64,000 bases of DNA from the NCBI GenBank assembly GCA_050084985.1, contig JBITNC010000001.1:80228001-80292000 (forward strand), given 5' to 3'. Below are positions 13,667-27,258 of the stretch, piece by piece (positions within the stretch are counted from its first letter, which is position 1; each line of letters begins with the position of its first letter). This DNA comes from Nageia nagi. Lineage: Eukaryota; Plantae; Pinophyta. The position numbers and the translations under genes were made by a program. A model generated the notes under the pieces. It was not told the DNA's origin and did not search any database. It saw nothing but the letters and a program-made list of their open reading frames with translations.

Positions 13667-16600
13667 ATCATAAGTAGTTGTGCTAAAACCCTAGGGTTTT
13701 AGTTAGGAATAATAAATAATTTTGTGAGTTGTTTTAGACATGGATCAGTCAAGAGTATTCTTGTGAAGTTTTTCAATAAGAAATCTTGATGAGCTCTTGG
13801 GAGATATTCAACATGATTGACCAAAAGTACCTAATGAAGAAGTTGAACATGATGATGGAAGTAATAATGATAACATTCAGGATACTATTGGGGGTATGCA
13901 AAGATAGATTAATCAATTAGAAAGAGGATTAGATTAGCTAGATAATTCAACTGAGTTTGGTAGTCCTCTATGTGATGAGATTCATGTATGCATGCCACCA
14001 CTAGATTATAAAGATTCCAAGTTTTATAAGTTCAATAGGGAAGGAGATCCTAGAATACATTTGTAAGGGTTTAAAGATGAGTGTGAGCTCAAAATTAGTA
14101 TGGATTCAAGATTACAAATGAAGTTATTTCCTCATAGTTTGGAAGGAGAGGCTCATGAATGGTTCTATTACCTACCTAAAAGGTTAGTTACATCATTTTG
14201 AGAATTGAGCAACTTATTTCTAGAATAGTATAAACATAATATCAAGCATAAAGTCATGGTTTCAGATCTATGTGCTATGAGGCAAGGTAGTAATGAGAAT
14301 CTTGAAAATTTTATTGTACAATTCAAGAAGACATGGCAACAAATCAAAATAAAGCTTACTAAAAAAGAGGCAAATAAAATTTTCAAGGATGCTATCATAT
14401 TTTCCTTACAATATTATGTCATTGATTATACACATCTAGCATTTTCTAATATGACATATAAGCTATTGGGATAAGAAAATGTCCTTGTGAAATTAGGGCT
14501 TGTGAAGTATTGAGACGATGACAAACCTAGGGCCAAAGATAAGTAGCCACAATCACCAAAGAAATATAAATCCATTCATGTGGTAGAAAAGGCAAATGAA
14601 AATAAAGAAAGGAAATTTATAAAGTTTCCTATACCTCCCAATTTTATCTTGAAATATCTAATGGCAAAAGGATTATTACAACCTTTACATGAGAGAGAGG
14701 AAGATGAAGTAGCAAAGAGGCTAGCATGGTACAAAGAAGACAAAAATTGCAAATATCATCAAACCAAAGGGCATGATACTAATGGGTGTGGAGGCCTAAG
14801 AAAAAAATACAAAGGCTTATAGAGGATGGATTCTATATTTTCCCTACTAAAGTTAAAGATATAGAGGAAGAGCAGCATGTCAATGTAATTTTCCATGAAG
14901 AAGTATGTGTAACACTTCCAAGAGGAAGATCAAGAGTAGCAACAAATCCTATTACATGTGAAAAAGAGCTTCTTAAAGATCCAATAAGTTTTGACCTCAT
15001 TGAGCAACTTAAGAAAACACAAGCTAAGGTTAGTTAGTTTGAATTAATTCAAATTTTAAAACAGTAGATAAATGATGAATCAAATTTTCAAGAATAGTCA
15101 AATAGATAGGAACATCTCAATCACTGCTTTTGCAAAAAATGTAGAAATATAGAGTAAAGGGGATGTTATTACTTTTCACCTTAGTGAAAGACCTAGCAAG
15201 GATGTGACCTGGTTACATCCGCCATTATTTATTGAAGTGAATATATTTGGTAATATAGTTAAAATATCATTGATAGATGGTGGGGAAGCTTTGAATATTA
15301 CCACCACTCACTTGCTTTCATAGTTTGATCTAGATTTGTTACCTCCAAGAGAAGAGACTACCATGAGAGTTAAGGGGTTTGATGGTGTTCCAAAGAAATG
15401 TGCAAGAATCATCACACTTCCAATCAAAGTGGGAAACAAGTTACTTTAGACCATCTTCTACATTATAGATGGAAAACCTTATTTTAAGTTTATTCTTGGA
15501 AGACCTTGGATACATGACATGGAAGGAGTAGCATCCACTTTGCATAGATGTTTAAAATTTTGTTCTGAAGGAAATGTTTACAAGGTAGAAGCAGATGAGT
15601 AGATAGCCAAGCAATGTAATTATGTTCTTACTAATATATTTATTTCATATGATGCAAAATATGAGGCTATCATAGCTAAGAATGATCAAATTTATAGAAA
15701 AACATTACAAAAAGTCAACATTAAGGGTATTGAATTTGGTTCATACACCATCACTAACATCAATAATATCAATCTAGAGAGAGATTTGGATGGATGATAG
15801 GAGGCTCAAGAAAAGGATTTCTCATGCTCCTCTAGGCTTCATAAAAACACCAATGGTCCTATTTAGAAGAAATCATAGAGAAAAACAAATATTGCATCAT
15901 TCCATATCATGGAGATGGTCATGATGGTTAGGTTAGTCATTCGTTATTAACACTAGAAGATGAACAGGTAAGAGAAGATCAAAATTGCTTTATTATTGAA
16001 TGTGAAATAGATGATGAATATGCAATACATGCTATAGAATTATTTTAGAATGATTATGCTTTCATAGAATCTATGGGTGCTAGAATTGAATATCCAACTA
16101 GGCATGGAAAGAGGACTCACAAACATTGTCTAGATGTGCATGCTTGCTTTGGTGAATCTATGGAAGATAAAATCAAAGGGTTGGGAGAGTTACCATTTCC
16201 CACACCATTAAAATTAGAAATGACTTGGTTGAATGAAGATATAGAGGAGGCCAACATTGGTTCTCAAGAGACATCGTAATTATTGAAAATGGGTAAGCTC
16301 CTTGAGGAACCTTTGCAAAATAAGTTGATTCAATCCTTTCATGATTATTCTAAATTATTTGCATGGTAATATAAAGATATGCTTGGATTAGATGAAAATT
16401 TTATAGTACATAACTTGGTTGTTGAGAAAGGAGCAGTTCCTATAAAGTGAAAACCAAGGAAGATGCCTTTTCATATTTCTTTACTAGGCAAGAAGGAAAT
16501 AGAGAAACTATTGGAAGTTGGTTTTATTAGACCCATTGATTATTCAGAGTGGATGGCCAATGTAATTCCAATAAAGAAACCCATAGGTGAAATTAGAGTA

Positions 16601-19600
16601 TGTACTAATTTTAGAGATCTCAATAAAGCATGTGTGAAAGATGACTTCCTACTATCCAACATAGATATGATCATTGACAATTTGGTAGGTTATGAGATGT
16701 TATCATTTACGGATGGATTTTTAGAATACAATCAAATCAAAATCAAGGAAAGTGATAAACATAAAATAGCCTTTAGAACTCCTTGGGTAACTTTTGCTAC
16801 AAGGTAATGCCATTTGGTCTTAAGAATGTAGGGGCCACATATCAAAGAGCAATGATAGCCATGTTTCATGACTTCATTCATAAAATAGTAGAGGTTTATG
16901 TAGATGATATCTTGATAAACTAAAAGAATAAATAAGATCATGTCAAGGATATAAAAGCTACATTTGAAAGGATTAAGAAGTACAAGTTAAGAATCAAGCC
17001 TTAAAAATGTGTATTTGGGATATCATCAAGAAAACTCTTGGGGCACATTATCTCTTGGAGAGGAGTTGAAGTGGATCCAAAGAAAATTAAAGCCATCACA
17101 AAAATGTCTCCTCCTACAAATCTTAAGCAATTGAGAAGCCTTCAAGGTAAAGATTCAAGCTATTATAAGATTTATTTGTCAATTAACAAATAATATAGCT
17201 CCTATGTCTCATTTACTTAAGAAAGAAGTTGAGTTTAAATGGGATGTTAAGTGTCAAGAAGCATTTGATAGAATAAAAGAGTATTTGTTACATCCATTGG
17301 TATTAGCTCCATATAGGCATGGAGAACCTCTTTTGCTTTATGTATTAGCTACAAAACATGCATTTGGGGTAATGTTGGAAAATAAGGAAGAATATGGTAA
17401 AGAGAGAGTAGTCTATTTTATTAACAGAACATTGAAAGAGTATGAAACTAGGTACACACCCATTAAGAAGTAATGTCAATGTATAGTATTTTCTACTAAG
17501 AGATTGAGGCATTATATGATCAATAACACAACACATGTACTTACTTAGGTAGACCCATTAAGATATTTGATGTCAAAATGGATCATGTTACTTTAGGATT
17601 TTGACCTCAAGTTTGTGAAACAAATATCAGTTAAAGGGTAGGAAGTCATAGACTTTGTTGCAGAGTTTCCCAAGGAGGATAGTACAAAACTTAGAGAAGA
17701 ATTTTAGGATGAATGTGCTTTGGAAAAAACCACAAAATGTGTAGAAGAGGATCACTTATAGCCTTCTTTTGAAGAAAATAGGAATGCTGATGTTCTTATT
17801 TTAGAGGTGTCAAAACATTGGAAAATGTATTTTGATAGATCATAGTGTATGCAAGGTTCAAGAGTAGGAATAGTGTTGATATCACATTAGAATGATGTTA
17901 TTCCCATGTCATATAAACTATCATTTGAATGCACTAACAATATGCCAAAATATGAAGCTCTCATATTAGTATTAATAGCAGCTATGGAGATTGGTATTAC
18001 ACATTTGCATATTTATGGGGATTCATAGCTGATAGTGAATCAAGTCAATGAGATCTATAACACCAAGGATGAAAAGGTTATTTCATATAAATTTCTTGTT
18101 ACAAAATGCCTTGCTTTCTTTGAATAATATTAATTAGATAATATTTCAAGGAATAATAACAGGTTGGCTGATGCAATGGCAAGTGTAGCTTCTCTTATAT
18201 CAATTGAGATAGAAAGTAGGGAGACTACTTTCACTATCAATAACTTGGGAACTCCATCATTTATTGAGGAGGACTTGAAAATGGTATGTGTTGCTCAAAA
18301 GGTTGGTCATGAGGTAAGTCCTTGGTACCAAAACATATTTAGATATTTGAGGGATGACATTATTGATGCTATGCTTGATAAGAGAGAATAGATTAGAATA
18401 AAAATGCTTGCTATAAAATATGTTATCATTGGTGATATACTTTATAAAAGATCATTTAATGGTATTGTTTTGAGTTGTCTTCATGATGAGGAGATTGAAA
18501 TAGTATTAGAGCATACTCAGAGAGGGGCATGTGGAGATCACTTCAACAGAAGATTAGTTTATGACAAATTGATTAGGATGGGTTATTGGTGGCCCACCAT
18601 GGAACATGATTATTATGAACATGTCAAGAAGTGTGAGCAATGTCAAAAGCATGCATACTTAGAATTAACACCTACTCAAGAGTTGAACTATGTTACATCA
18701 CCATGGCCTTTCTCAATGTGGGCTTTGGATTTCATAGGTGTTATCAATCCTCCATCTAGTGAGGGGTATAAGTTTATCTTGGTTGCCACCAAATACTACA
18801 CTAAATAGGTTGAGACAATTCCTTTGAAGATAGCTATACAAAAACATGTTATAAATTTCATCAAGGAATATATCATTTGCAGATTTGGCATACCTCAAAA
18901 GTTGATCATGGATAATGGTGCAAATTTTACAAGAAAATATATTAGAGAATTTTGTAAAAAAATGAAGGTTGAAGAGATGATTTTCTTCAATTTACCATCC
19001 CCAAGGGAATGGACAAGATAAAGCAACAAATAAGATAATCAAGAAGATATTGGTATAAACTATCAAAAAGAATGGTAGAGATTAGCATAAACAATTAACA
19101 TATGCCTTATGGGCATATAGAACAACTAAAAAAATAGCAACAGGTGCTACTCCATACTCTTTTGTGTATGGTGATAAATTAATCATTCCACTTGAAATTG
19201 AGATGCCTTCTTTGAGAATTGCACTCAAAGATATCATGAAGGGACCACAACAATGGGAAGCAAGATTAAATCAACTAGAGGCATTAAATGAGAAAAGAAT
19301 TAATGCACTAGAGCATCTTAAAACATATCAATAAAGAATAAAGAGGGCCTATGGAAAGAAAATGGTTCCCAAAGCATTTGAGGTTGGACATATGGTTCTC
19401 CAACAGAATGTTTCTAATACTACAGCAAAAGATGAACTTAAAGGAAAGGTTAAACCAAATTGGGTTGGTCCATACATCATCATAGAGGTCTTTGGTAGAG
19501 GTGCATATAGATTGTCTACATTCGATGTGGAGGTTATCAAAAATCCCATCAATGCTAGGCACTTAAATAAGTATCACATCTAGGAGACCTATGGGTCATC

Positions 19601-19785
19601 CTATGCATCTATTTCTATAAAAATGTTACTACAGAAATAAGCATGGAATAGATGGCACAAAAATAAAAAATAGAAGGTCATTTTAGTATCATAAGAGGAG
19701 GGCCAATGCTCCATTTTAGCAGAAAAGAATAGCCCATAGTCCTATTGTACAATCAAAAATAGCAAAAATAAAGATAATTAGATAC

Positions 19786-20180
19786 CCCTTGGTGTAGAGT
19801 TTCAGCTCCCAGATTGTAAGATTTGCATGCCTCTTAGTATAGAGTTTCAGCTCTCATATCATCATCCTAGTTTTCTACCCCTTATTATAGATTTTTAGCT
19901 CTCATCATCATATCATGCCTCTTGGTGCAAAGTTTCATCTCTCATATCATCATCCTAGTTTCCTAACTCTTGGCATAGAGTTTTAGCTCTCATCATCATA
20001 TCATGCCTCTTGGCATAGAGTTTTATCTCTCATATCATCATCCTAGTTTCCTAACTCTTGGCATAGAGTTTTAGCTCTCAACATCACATAATGCCTCTTG
20101 GTAGAGTTCTAGCTCCACTTCTTATTGCAATATGCCTCTTGGCAAAGTTTTAGCTCCTAATTTTATCATTATGCCTCTCG
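19786..20180 (+). repeat. Tandem array in the Tat 3' UTR; alternating ~48- and ~40-bp monomers (88-bp dimer)
   Basis: About 10 copies of the core CCTCTTGGCATAGAGTTTTAGCTCTCA. Central copies alternate the tails ...CCTAGTTTCCTAA and ...CATATCATG. Confidence 0.9.
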
Positions 20181-20615
20181 GTAGGAAGTTCAACTTCCAC
20201 AAGATCAATGGATAGAATCATTAATGACATGAGATCATTACACTTCACATATCAAAATATATCAAAAAATATGGGTAATTATCATCAATGACCTCTTTGT
20301 AGATGGCTTTGGACCCTAGAACTCTTTCTTTTGTAGGTTATCATTGAAGCTCATGGAGCACATCAAAATCAACTGGGAACAACATGATGGATGTCATATG
20401 AGGGGGTTTTCTTTAACTCATACATTTTGTCAATATGATTTCTTATCTTTCTTATATATTTATCATAGTTTAGTATCAAAATAGATTGATTAGTGTTGGT
20501 ATTATGTTTGTCCATACTTATCAATATTTGATTGCTATGACATTTTGGTTATACTTTGAATGAAAAATATCAATGCACCTAGTGATTTTCAATTTCTTAT
20601 CCAAAGTGGGGCATA

Positions 20616-21412
20616 TGTTATCACATAAAATTAATTCATGCATTTAATTTAATAAATTAGGAAGTATGTGCCTACACTTATATGTCTAGTTCAAGAATGT
20701 TTATGATATTTTGGATATGATCAATATATATATATATATCATCGAATTACTATATTCTTATTTATGTAGGTACATATCGACCTAAGGAGTAGGTCATATT
20801 ATTATCTATATAAATATGGATCTAATAGTAAGTACACATTAATGAGATACATGATCCCATATCTAGTCTTGATGATGGCAGTTCTTTAAGTGTCTCTTGA
20901 CACTACCATTCAAGGATGGGTTTGTGTACTTCCTTATGCGAGCATCTTGACAATTCTAAACTTATCTAAGTATCAAATTGAGACCATTAAGAGTTTTTGA
21001 GGAGTCATAGAGTTAGTTTGGAAAGGAATACAATCTAACAAATACTATCAAATCTCCTTGTAGATGAAAGCAGACCATCAATGCTCCTTCTAAGCATGAA
21101 ATAGATCACCCATGGCTTTCTTTTTGCATCATCTTGCTTCATGACTTGAGGTGTAGACTCCATTCATTGTTGAGGCTTCATTAGTATCTTTCCTTCATCC
21201 ATATCAAGTACACTCCATGAGATAAGTATACAAATTCAATATTATTTGGTAATTTCATTTCAATTTTAGTTATTCAATTATCTTCTATATCAGCTTATCT
21301 TGTAATAAATTACTATCTGTTAGCTCAAAATTTACAAATAGATATATGTATCTTTCGAGATTGTACATATTTTAGGTATTTGCATTCTCAAATACACTTT
21401 TATTTGTAAATA
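20616..21412 (+). repeat. 3' LTR of the Tat element
   Basis: Follows the PPT; ends TTTGTAAATA (CA>TA), then TSD GTATT. Confidence 0.95.
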
Positions 21413-22929
21413 GTATTCACATGTTATTTTCCTTTTCCATCCTCTAATACAACATTTGTTTCTGATGTGGGCTGATTAGAAGTTTCTCCTTAATCAAATC
21501 CTATTCCAAATTTGATAATTGGATTTCTTTGCACTTTCAGTATTTCATCAAACTTTTGTGTACTTTTTGTAAATTTGATACTATTACTTGCTTCTAGAGA
21601 TAACTTCTCTATTTGTACCTTCAATGTGACTATTTTGTATTTATAATTATAACATGCATCAATCCTATTAGTAAGATTCATTTTCAAGGATTCTTTGGTC
21701 ACTTTAGCTTCTTTAATTTGAATACATATCCAACTTAACTCTTCTAGCTTCTTCGATAACCTTCTATTTTTCATCATTTATTTATCTAATTCTTCTAAAG
21801 TAGATATGAGTTCTCCTTATATGTCTACTTCAACCTCTTACTCTTTAGCTTTAAAATTTTCATCAACTTTAAGATTATCTTTATTATCTTCATGTGCCAT
21901 AAAAATAGTTCATTGCAATCACCTTCAAATTTATCATTATCACTAGATTCCTCTTCTTTCTCTTCTAATATGAAGCTCTTTTTCTTATGTGTATCTTTTT
22001 TAAAATTATTTGCTTTATTTTTATACCTATTATCATCTTTCTTACTAGCATTATCATTATTATCATTTCTCTCTTTATAAGGATACTTGCTAGCAAAATG
22101 ACCAACTCCTCCATAACTAAAACATTTGAAGGGTAGTTTACCTTTATCCTTACCTTGTCCTCTTATGAATTTTCAAAAAAAAAAATATTCTTTAAGATAT
22201 GATGTATCTTCTTCTTTATAGTATACTCTTACTTTGGTGCTTTTAGTTGCCTTGAACACTACTTCTCTATTTGATGATTTTCCTTTTACAGTCCTCATTT
22301 CCCAAGTTGTTAAGGATCCATACATTTCATCTAATAAAAATGCACTCACATATTTGGCCTCTTCAATAGCTAATACTAAGATTCAAACCTTTGTGGAAAG
22401 GATCTAATAACCTTCTTAATAATTACTTTATCTTGTATTTTTTCTCCTAATCCTTTGATTGAATTGATCATCTCCTTTACTCTTAAAATGCAAGTAGATA
22501 TATCTTATTCATCACTCATCTTCATACTTTGAAACTCATATATGAATGTTTGTAATTTGGCCTCCTTTATCTTGTCATCTCCTTTATATATACTTTGTAA
22601 TTCATTCCACATTTTTCTATGAGTCTTACATCCCATAATATTTATGAATTCATTATCAACTAAGCCACACATGACAACCTTCTTATATTTAGCTTCATTT
22701 TCAAATAGTTTCTTACTAGTTGGATCTGTTGGAGGTGTGGAGGGTATTGTATATCCATTTGATATAGCTTTCCATATATCTAATCCTAAGGCATAGAGAT
22801 AAATTTGCATTCTAAGCCTCTAGAAAGAATAATTTATCTCATCAAAAAGTGGTGCCTTGTTGAAGAGAAACCTTCTCCATTGGCCATTATGTTACTCCTT
22901 ATATCTTATTAATTTGAAAAAGAAAACTT

Positions 22930-22941
22930 GCTCTGATACCA
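22930..22941 (-). promoter_or_regulatory. tRNA-iMet PBS of the copia element
   Basis: Plus GCTCTGATACCA is an exact TGGTATCAGAGC on minus, 2 bp from the LTR end. Confidence 0.92.
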
Positions 22942-24091
22942 ATTGTTATACTAAAATTGAAATTGAGAGGGGGGATGAATTAGTTTCTAAATATAAAAAC
23001 TATTGTTTTTTACTTTTAAAAATAAAATAGTGCAAAACTAAAAGCAAACAAAACATGCACATCAAGAAAATATCACATAACATAATATGTAATGAGGCTT
23101 ACTAGTTTGGCTACATCCCCAAAAATTACTACTTAGATATATGGTATAGATCTAGCCTTTGTAAAGCACCCACTTTACAATTTTGATAGCACTAACTATT
23201 AGGATTAGCTACAACTAACCCTTTATTTGTAGCACCCACTACAAGGAGCTTTAACTCTAATGCCAAACACCAACTTGGACTTTAGAATGAATACAAAGTA
23301 TGACATATAAAAATGAATTCACTATTAATAAAACATTATTTGGTTCTTAATTATTTTATCATTTTTATGATATTATTTCTCTACTTGATATTGCTCTCTA
23401 GTTCATTTTTCATCTTCTTTGTTATATAACACATACACCCCTTTTTTGTTCTATAACTATGTTTTTAGCATATTCTACAAATTTTCAATAGTTCAAAATA
23501 CTCATATGGTCTCTCAACACTTTTTACTTGGTAGCATCAATGTGTTACAAAAGAGAAGTGGTTATTAAATTTTGTGGGCAGTGTTTTTTCTTCTCAACTA
23601 TGACTTTTAGGGAGAACAATAGTTACCTATTTTTCATGATGGTTAGTCCTTATTTTGAAATATAATATGTTACTTTTTTTCTTTTTTTAAATATTTAAAG
23701 GGTAAATAGAAAAATAAATAATAATTACCTTTCTTTAACCATTCAACTAGCAAATAAAATGATGAAGTATTTTATGAACACATCACAGTCTAAAACTCAA
23801 AAATACTAAAAACATGTTGAAAAGTGCTTTAGAGCCATTCATTTTATAATGTTCATTTTTTATTCATCATATATCCAATGAATACCAAATTATATCCACA
23901 TAGTTTTGGTTTTGTGAGCTAAATTTGGTCCAAATTTCATCTCTTAATGCTTCAAGAATCACTCCCAACATTGTTCTAAAGTTGGCCTCTAATATAAAAT
24001 TTTCATCATTACTTAAATTTCAAGTGATAATACTTTAATAAGTCTAGCCATCCATAATATTTAGAATCCAATCTTAAATTATTATTACAAT

Positions 24092-25600
24092 AATTTTTTT
24101 ATTTAGTTTTTTTAGCTAATAGGTAAATTATATTAATAAAAAATGATGGATTATAAGTAGATCCCAAAACTAGTCATAAAGTAGTTTAAGCTAAAACCAA
24201 ATACCCAGCTATACTTGTAAGTAACTAAAATTTATTGAAATAACAAATAAAAAATAGCTGATATAGTTCAAATACTAACTAACTATAGACACAATGTATC
24301 TTACTCTATCAAATTAATCTATCACAATTGTAGTTGAGTTGTATTTGGGTTACAACTTTATTACGGCCAAATGCATCTTCATAACTTAAACATTTTAATC
24401 TACAAATCCTTTACTCATCCCAAAGGTGGGTTGAGTTTTAGTGACACGATCTAGAGTGATTTGAACACTATTTTCTCTATTAGTTTCTATGTAACTTAAC
24501 ATTGGGATGGATGCCTAATATGTGCTTTACATTTATTTAGAGTTTTCTTGTAACCTATCATTTGTGCTAGTGGGATTTTGTTCCTACCTTCCCTACTTTC
24601 ATGTTGAATTTTTGAAGAATGGATATATTCCTTCTAGTTTTATCATCTATCATTCCTTGTATATCCATGGATTGCTCCTCTAAACTATGATCATTGTTGT
24701 TATCATCAATAAAATTGATTACAACATAGGGGTTCTTACTTAACAAACTCTTTTGTTGGTTAGGTTGTTTCTATTATGATTATGGAGGATTCTTGTTATG
24801 AAATTGTTCTTTCTTCTTATAATTCTATGGTTGGAATATTTTTCAACCTTGTTTATATTTTTATTCTCCTTCTTTTTTCTAGACATTCTTTTGCATAGTG
24901 ATCAAAATACTTTCTTTCCCACATATGATCTATAAGTTTTCATAGATAATCTCTTACTCCCATATACCTCCATCTTCTTCCTTAATAAGTGCTATATCCT
25001 TCAATTCCTTACTAATATCAAGATTCACAAAAAATCTAGCCTCTTTCCTTCTTGACAACACCCTCATTTCTCTCTCAATTGAAATAAGAAAGCCTATTCC
25101 TTTAGCAATATGAGCTAGGATATTAACATTCCAAAATTCTATTGGGAGATGCGAGAGTGAAACCAAGGTGGGGATTAGGTCAAAATTTTCCCTCAAGGAA
25201 TTAATTATAGGAATTTCTCCATATATTCCTTACTTTAAAATTTGAAAAGTAAATATTTATTTGGAAGGACCATTAGCTCCACAGTATCTTTCATGCACCA
25301 TCTCTCAATCATTCATCTTTTAATCACATCAAAACTAGGTCTTATTCCTACAAATCATCTAACCAATGTGAACTTTTTTCAATCTTATTCTTGGACAATG
25401 ATACTCATAGGGACCTTGATTCAAATTTTATTTTTAGAGATAGTAGGTACTATATTAATCTCTATTTCCTTCATAATATTTGGTTGTTCTCAAGTAACAA
25501 AATTTATCCATTCCTTCAGAGGATTGGGGTTTGATCTCCTCCTTACTTTTTTTATCACTCTTCACACAACATTTGGTTGTATTACAACAATATTATAATT
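24092..25600 (-). mobile_element. L1-type LINE fragment (ORF1 remnant)
   Basis: ORF 24954-25196 LSHLPIEFWNVNILAHIAKGIG..ARFFVNLDISKEL matches the plant L1 ORF1 DUF4283/pre-knuckle pattern. The T-rich tract at ~24092-24113 may be the poly(A) tail. Confidence 0.7.
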
Positions 25601-27238
25601 TATTTAAGTTGTAACTCATATTATAATATCAAACCCTTACTTCTATAATAGTTGGCCTATGATTCTATTATAATTCTCTCATGATTGTATTACAATTTTC
25701 CAGCACGTGTTAAAATTAATAACATGAAATATAATTACCATTACTTGGATCAAATTTATCAATCTATTATTGTGATCATATCATGAGCATATTCAACTTT
25801 TTTTTTTATTACTTGGAATAAAAAAATCATTTGAGTTTAACCTTTTTTATTTTCATTTAACATATTTTTTATCATTTAGTTTACCTTGAAAGCTAAACAT
25901 ATTATAAGATCGTATATTAAATATTTTTAACCTTATCCACTAAAGTTAACTATCCTAAAAATATTATAAATTAATTTATCACTGTATCCTTAGTATTATA
26001 ATTGTTACCCTCTAATGTAACTATTTAATTTTATTTTATTGCTATGAGGAACTTCTTACAAAAATACAATCATTCATTTCATACTATTCGAAATGTTCAT
26101 GATCTCAATAGAAATAATAACCTCTTCTAAAGCATAATTGGTAACAAGAAAACTTATAACTTTTTCAATGCCAATACATATTTATCACAATATCTAAACT
26201 TAAATTACTTTTAATATAACTCAAATAAAAAATGTATTAAATTATGCAAAGCATAAGAAACAAAAGGATTCACTAATAAAATACCATGATTTGAGCTATG
26301 CTCAAGAAAATAATTAAGATGTTACAAGTAGTTTTCACTACCTTTCTTTTAGGAAAACCCTTAGTAATATCCTTTTATTATTATAATTAATAACATTACA
26401 TCCTTCATTGTAAATATAAACCATTATACATTTGCAATGCTTATAGACATACATTAATTTACATATAGCACTGTAACATAAATCTCTAAATATTTACAAC
26501 CAAACAATAGGAAATAATTTATAAAAATAAAATCTATAATAATACATATGCTATATCAAAAGTTTAGCTTCCGTATATTATTAACAAGATGCTTGATGTT
26601 CATCAAATTATGATTCTCTAGGGAACTATGAATTTCATTAATCAAAATGTTCTAATAAAATACTTATATCTTAACACCTATTATTCTTAATAATAATAAG
26701 GTATTCCTAATATAAACATCACTTAGCCAATGTCAACAACAAGTATAATTACATAAATAATAAGATGTCATATGGATCACAACACCAAATAATGAATTGT
26801 TCATAATACCTCAATTCAAAAGATAAGGTAATCTCAATATCATAACAACAAATAATGAATTACTTACCATACATTTTTTATAAATAATAATATGTTCAAA
26901 AATTATAACATCAAGTGGTAAAGTAATTTAGAATACCTTGATATATTAAATGTATTACTAAAAATATCACATGTATCAAAATACATCCTCACCTATAACA
27001 CATGACCAAGTTCTTGGCTCACCTATTAGCATAGGGTAGGTGTTCTAAAAAATCATAAAAACATTAAATATTTTACCACATATAAGTTAAGGCATTTGGT
27101 AAGAGTACACATTATCAAATGAAGGGAGACATAATACCTCAATATCAAAGCATAAGATATTTCTACAACACTGCAATCATCAAAAGAATAAGGTATCATG
27201 TATCACTTTCATATATGAAAACTATTATAATATATGTA

Positions 27239-27258
27239 CACACACACACACACACACA
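27239..27258 (+). repeat. (CA)n microsatellite
   Basis: Ten CA units are directly visible. Confidence 0.9.

Larger units (their letters stand above)
12856..21412 (+). mobile_element. Full-length Tat-type Ty3/gypsy (gag-PR-RT-RH-aRH-INT), decayed
   Basis: LTRs 12856-13645 and 20616-21412; TSD GTATT (12851-12855, 21413-21417); PPT AAAGTGGGGCATA (~20603-20615). gag knuckle CKYHQTKGHDTNGC; protease LIDGG (~15270); RT 16463-17150 (VYVDD); RH ~17200-17600; aRH WKMYFD..TNN..YEAL..GDS..NRLADAMA (~17820-18190); integrase HHCC and PWPFSMWALD through the GPY motif (18404-19583). Confidence 0.95.
10760..24090 (-). mobile_element. Sirevirus-like Ty1/copia, 3'-truncated in RT and interrupted by a nested gypsy
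   Basis: gag (22505-22810, 21490-21777, knuckle ~22095-22135), protease WIFNSGCSKHMT (~12360-12395), integrase LRLDRGGE and TPQQNG (11190-11800), RT start PRPANKNVIGTKWVF..RNK (10790-10870). PBS at 22930-22941. The 5' LTR starts at 22944 with GAGAGGGGGGATGAAT; its right boundary is approximate. Confidence 0.88.

Noticed and set aside
19786-20180. Repeat-spacer pattern resembling a CRISPR array
   Set aside because: The 'spacers' are themselves repeated, there are no cas genes, and the array lies in a plant retrotransposon 3' UTR.
26319-26590. Possible short solo LTR (TGTTAC...TTAACA)
   Set aside because: The flanks give no TSD in register with the TG/CA ends.
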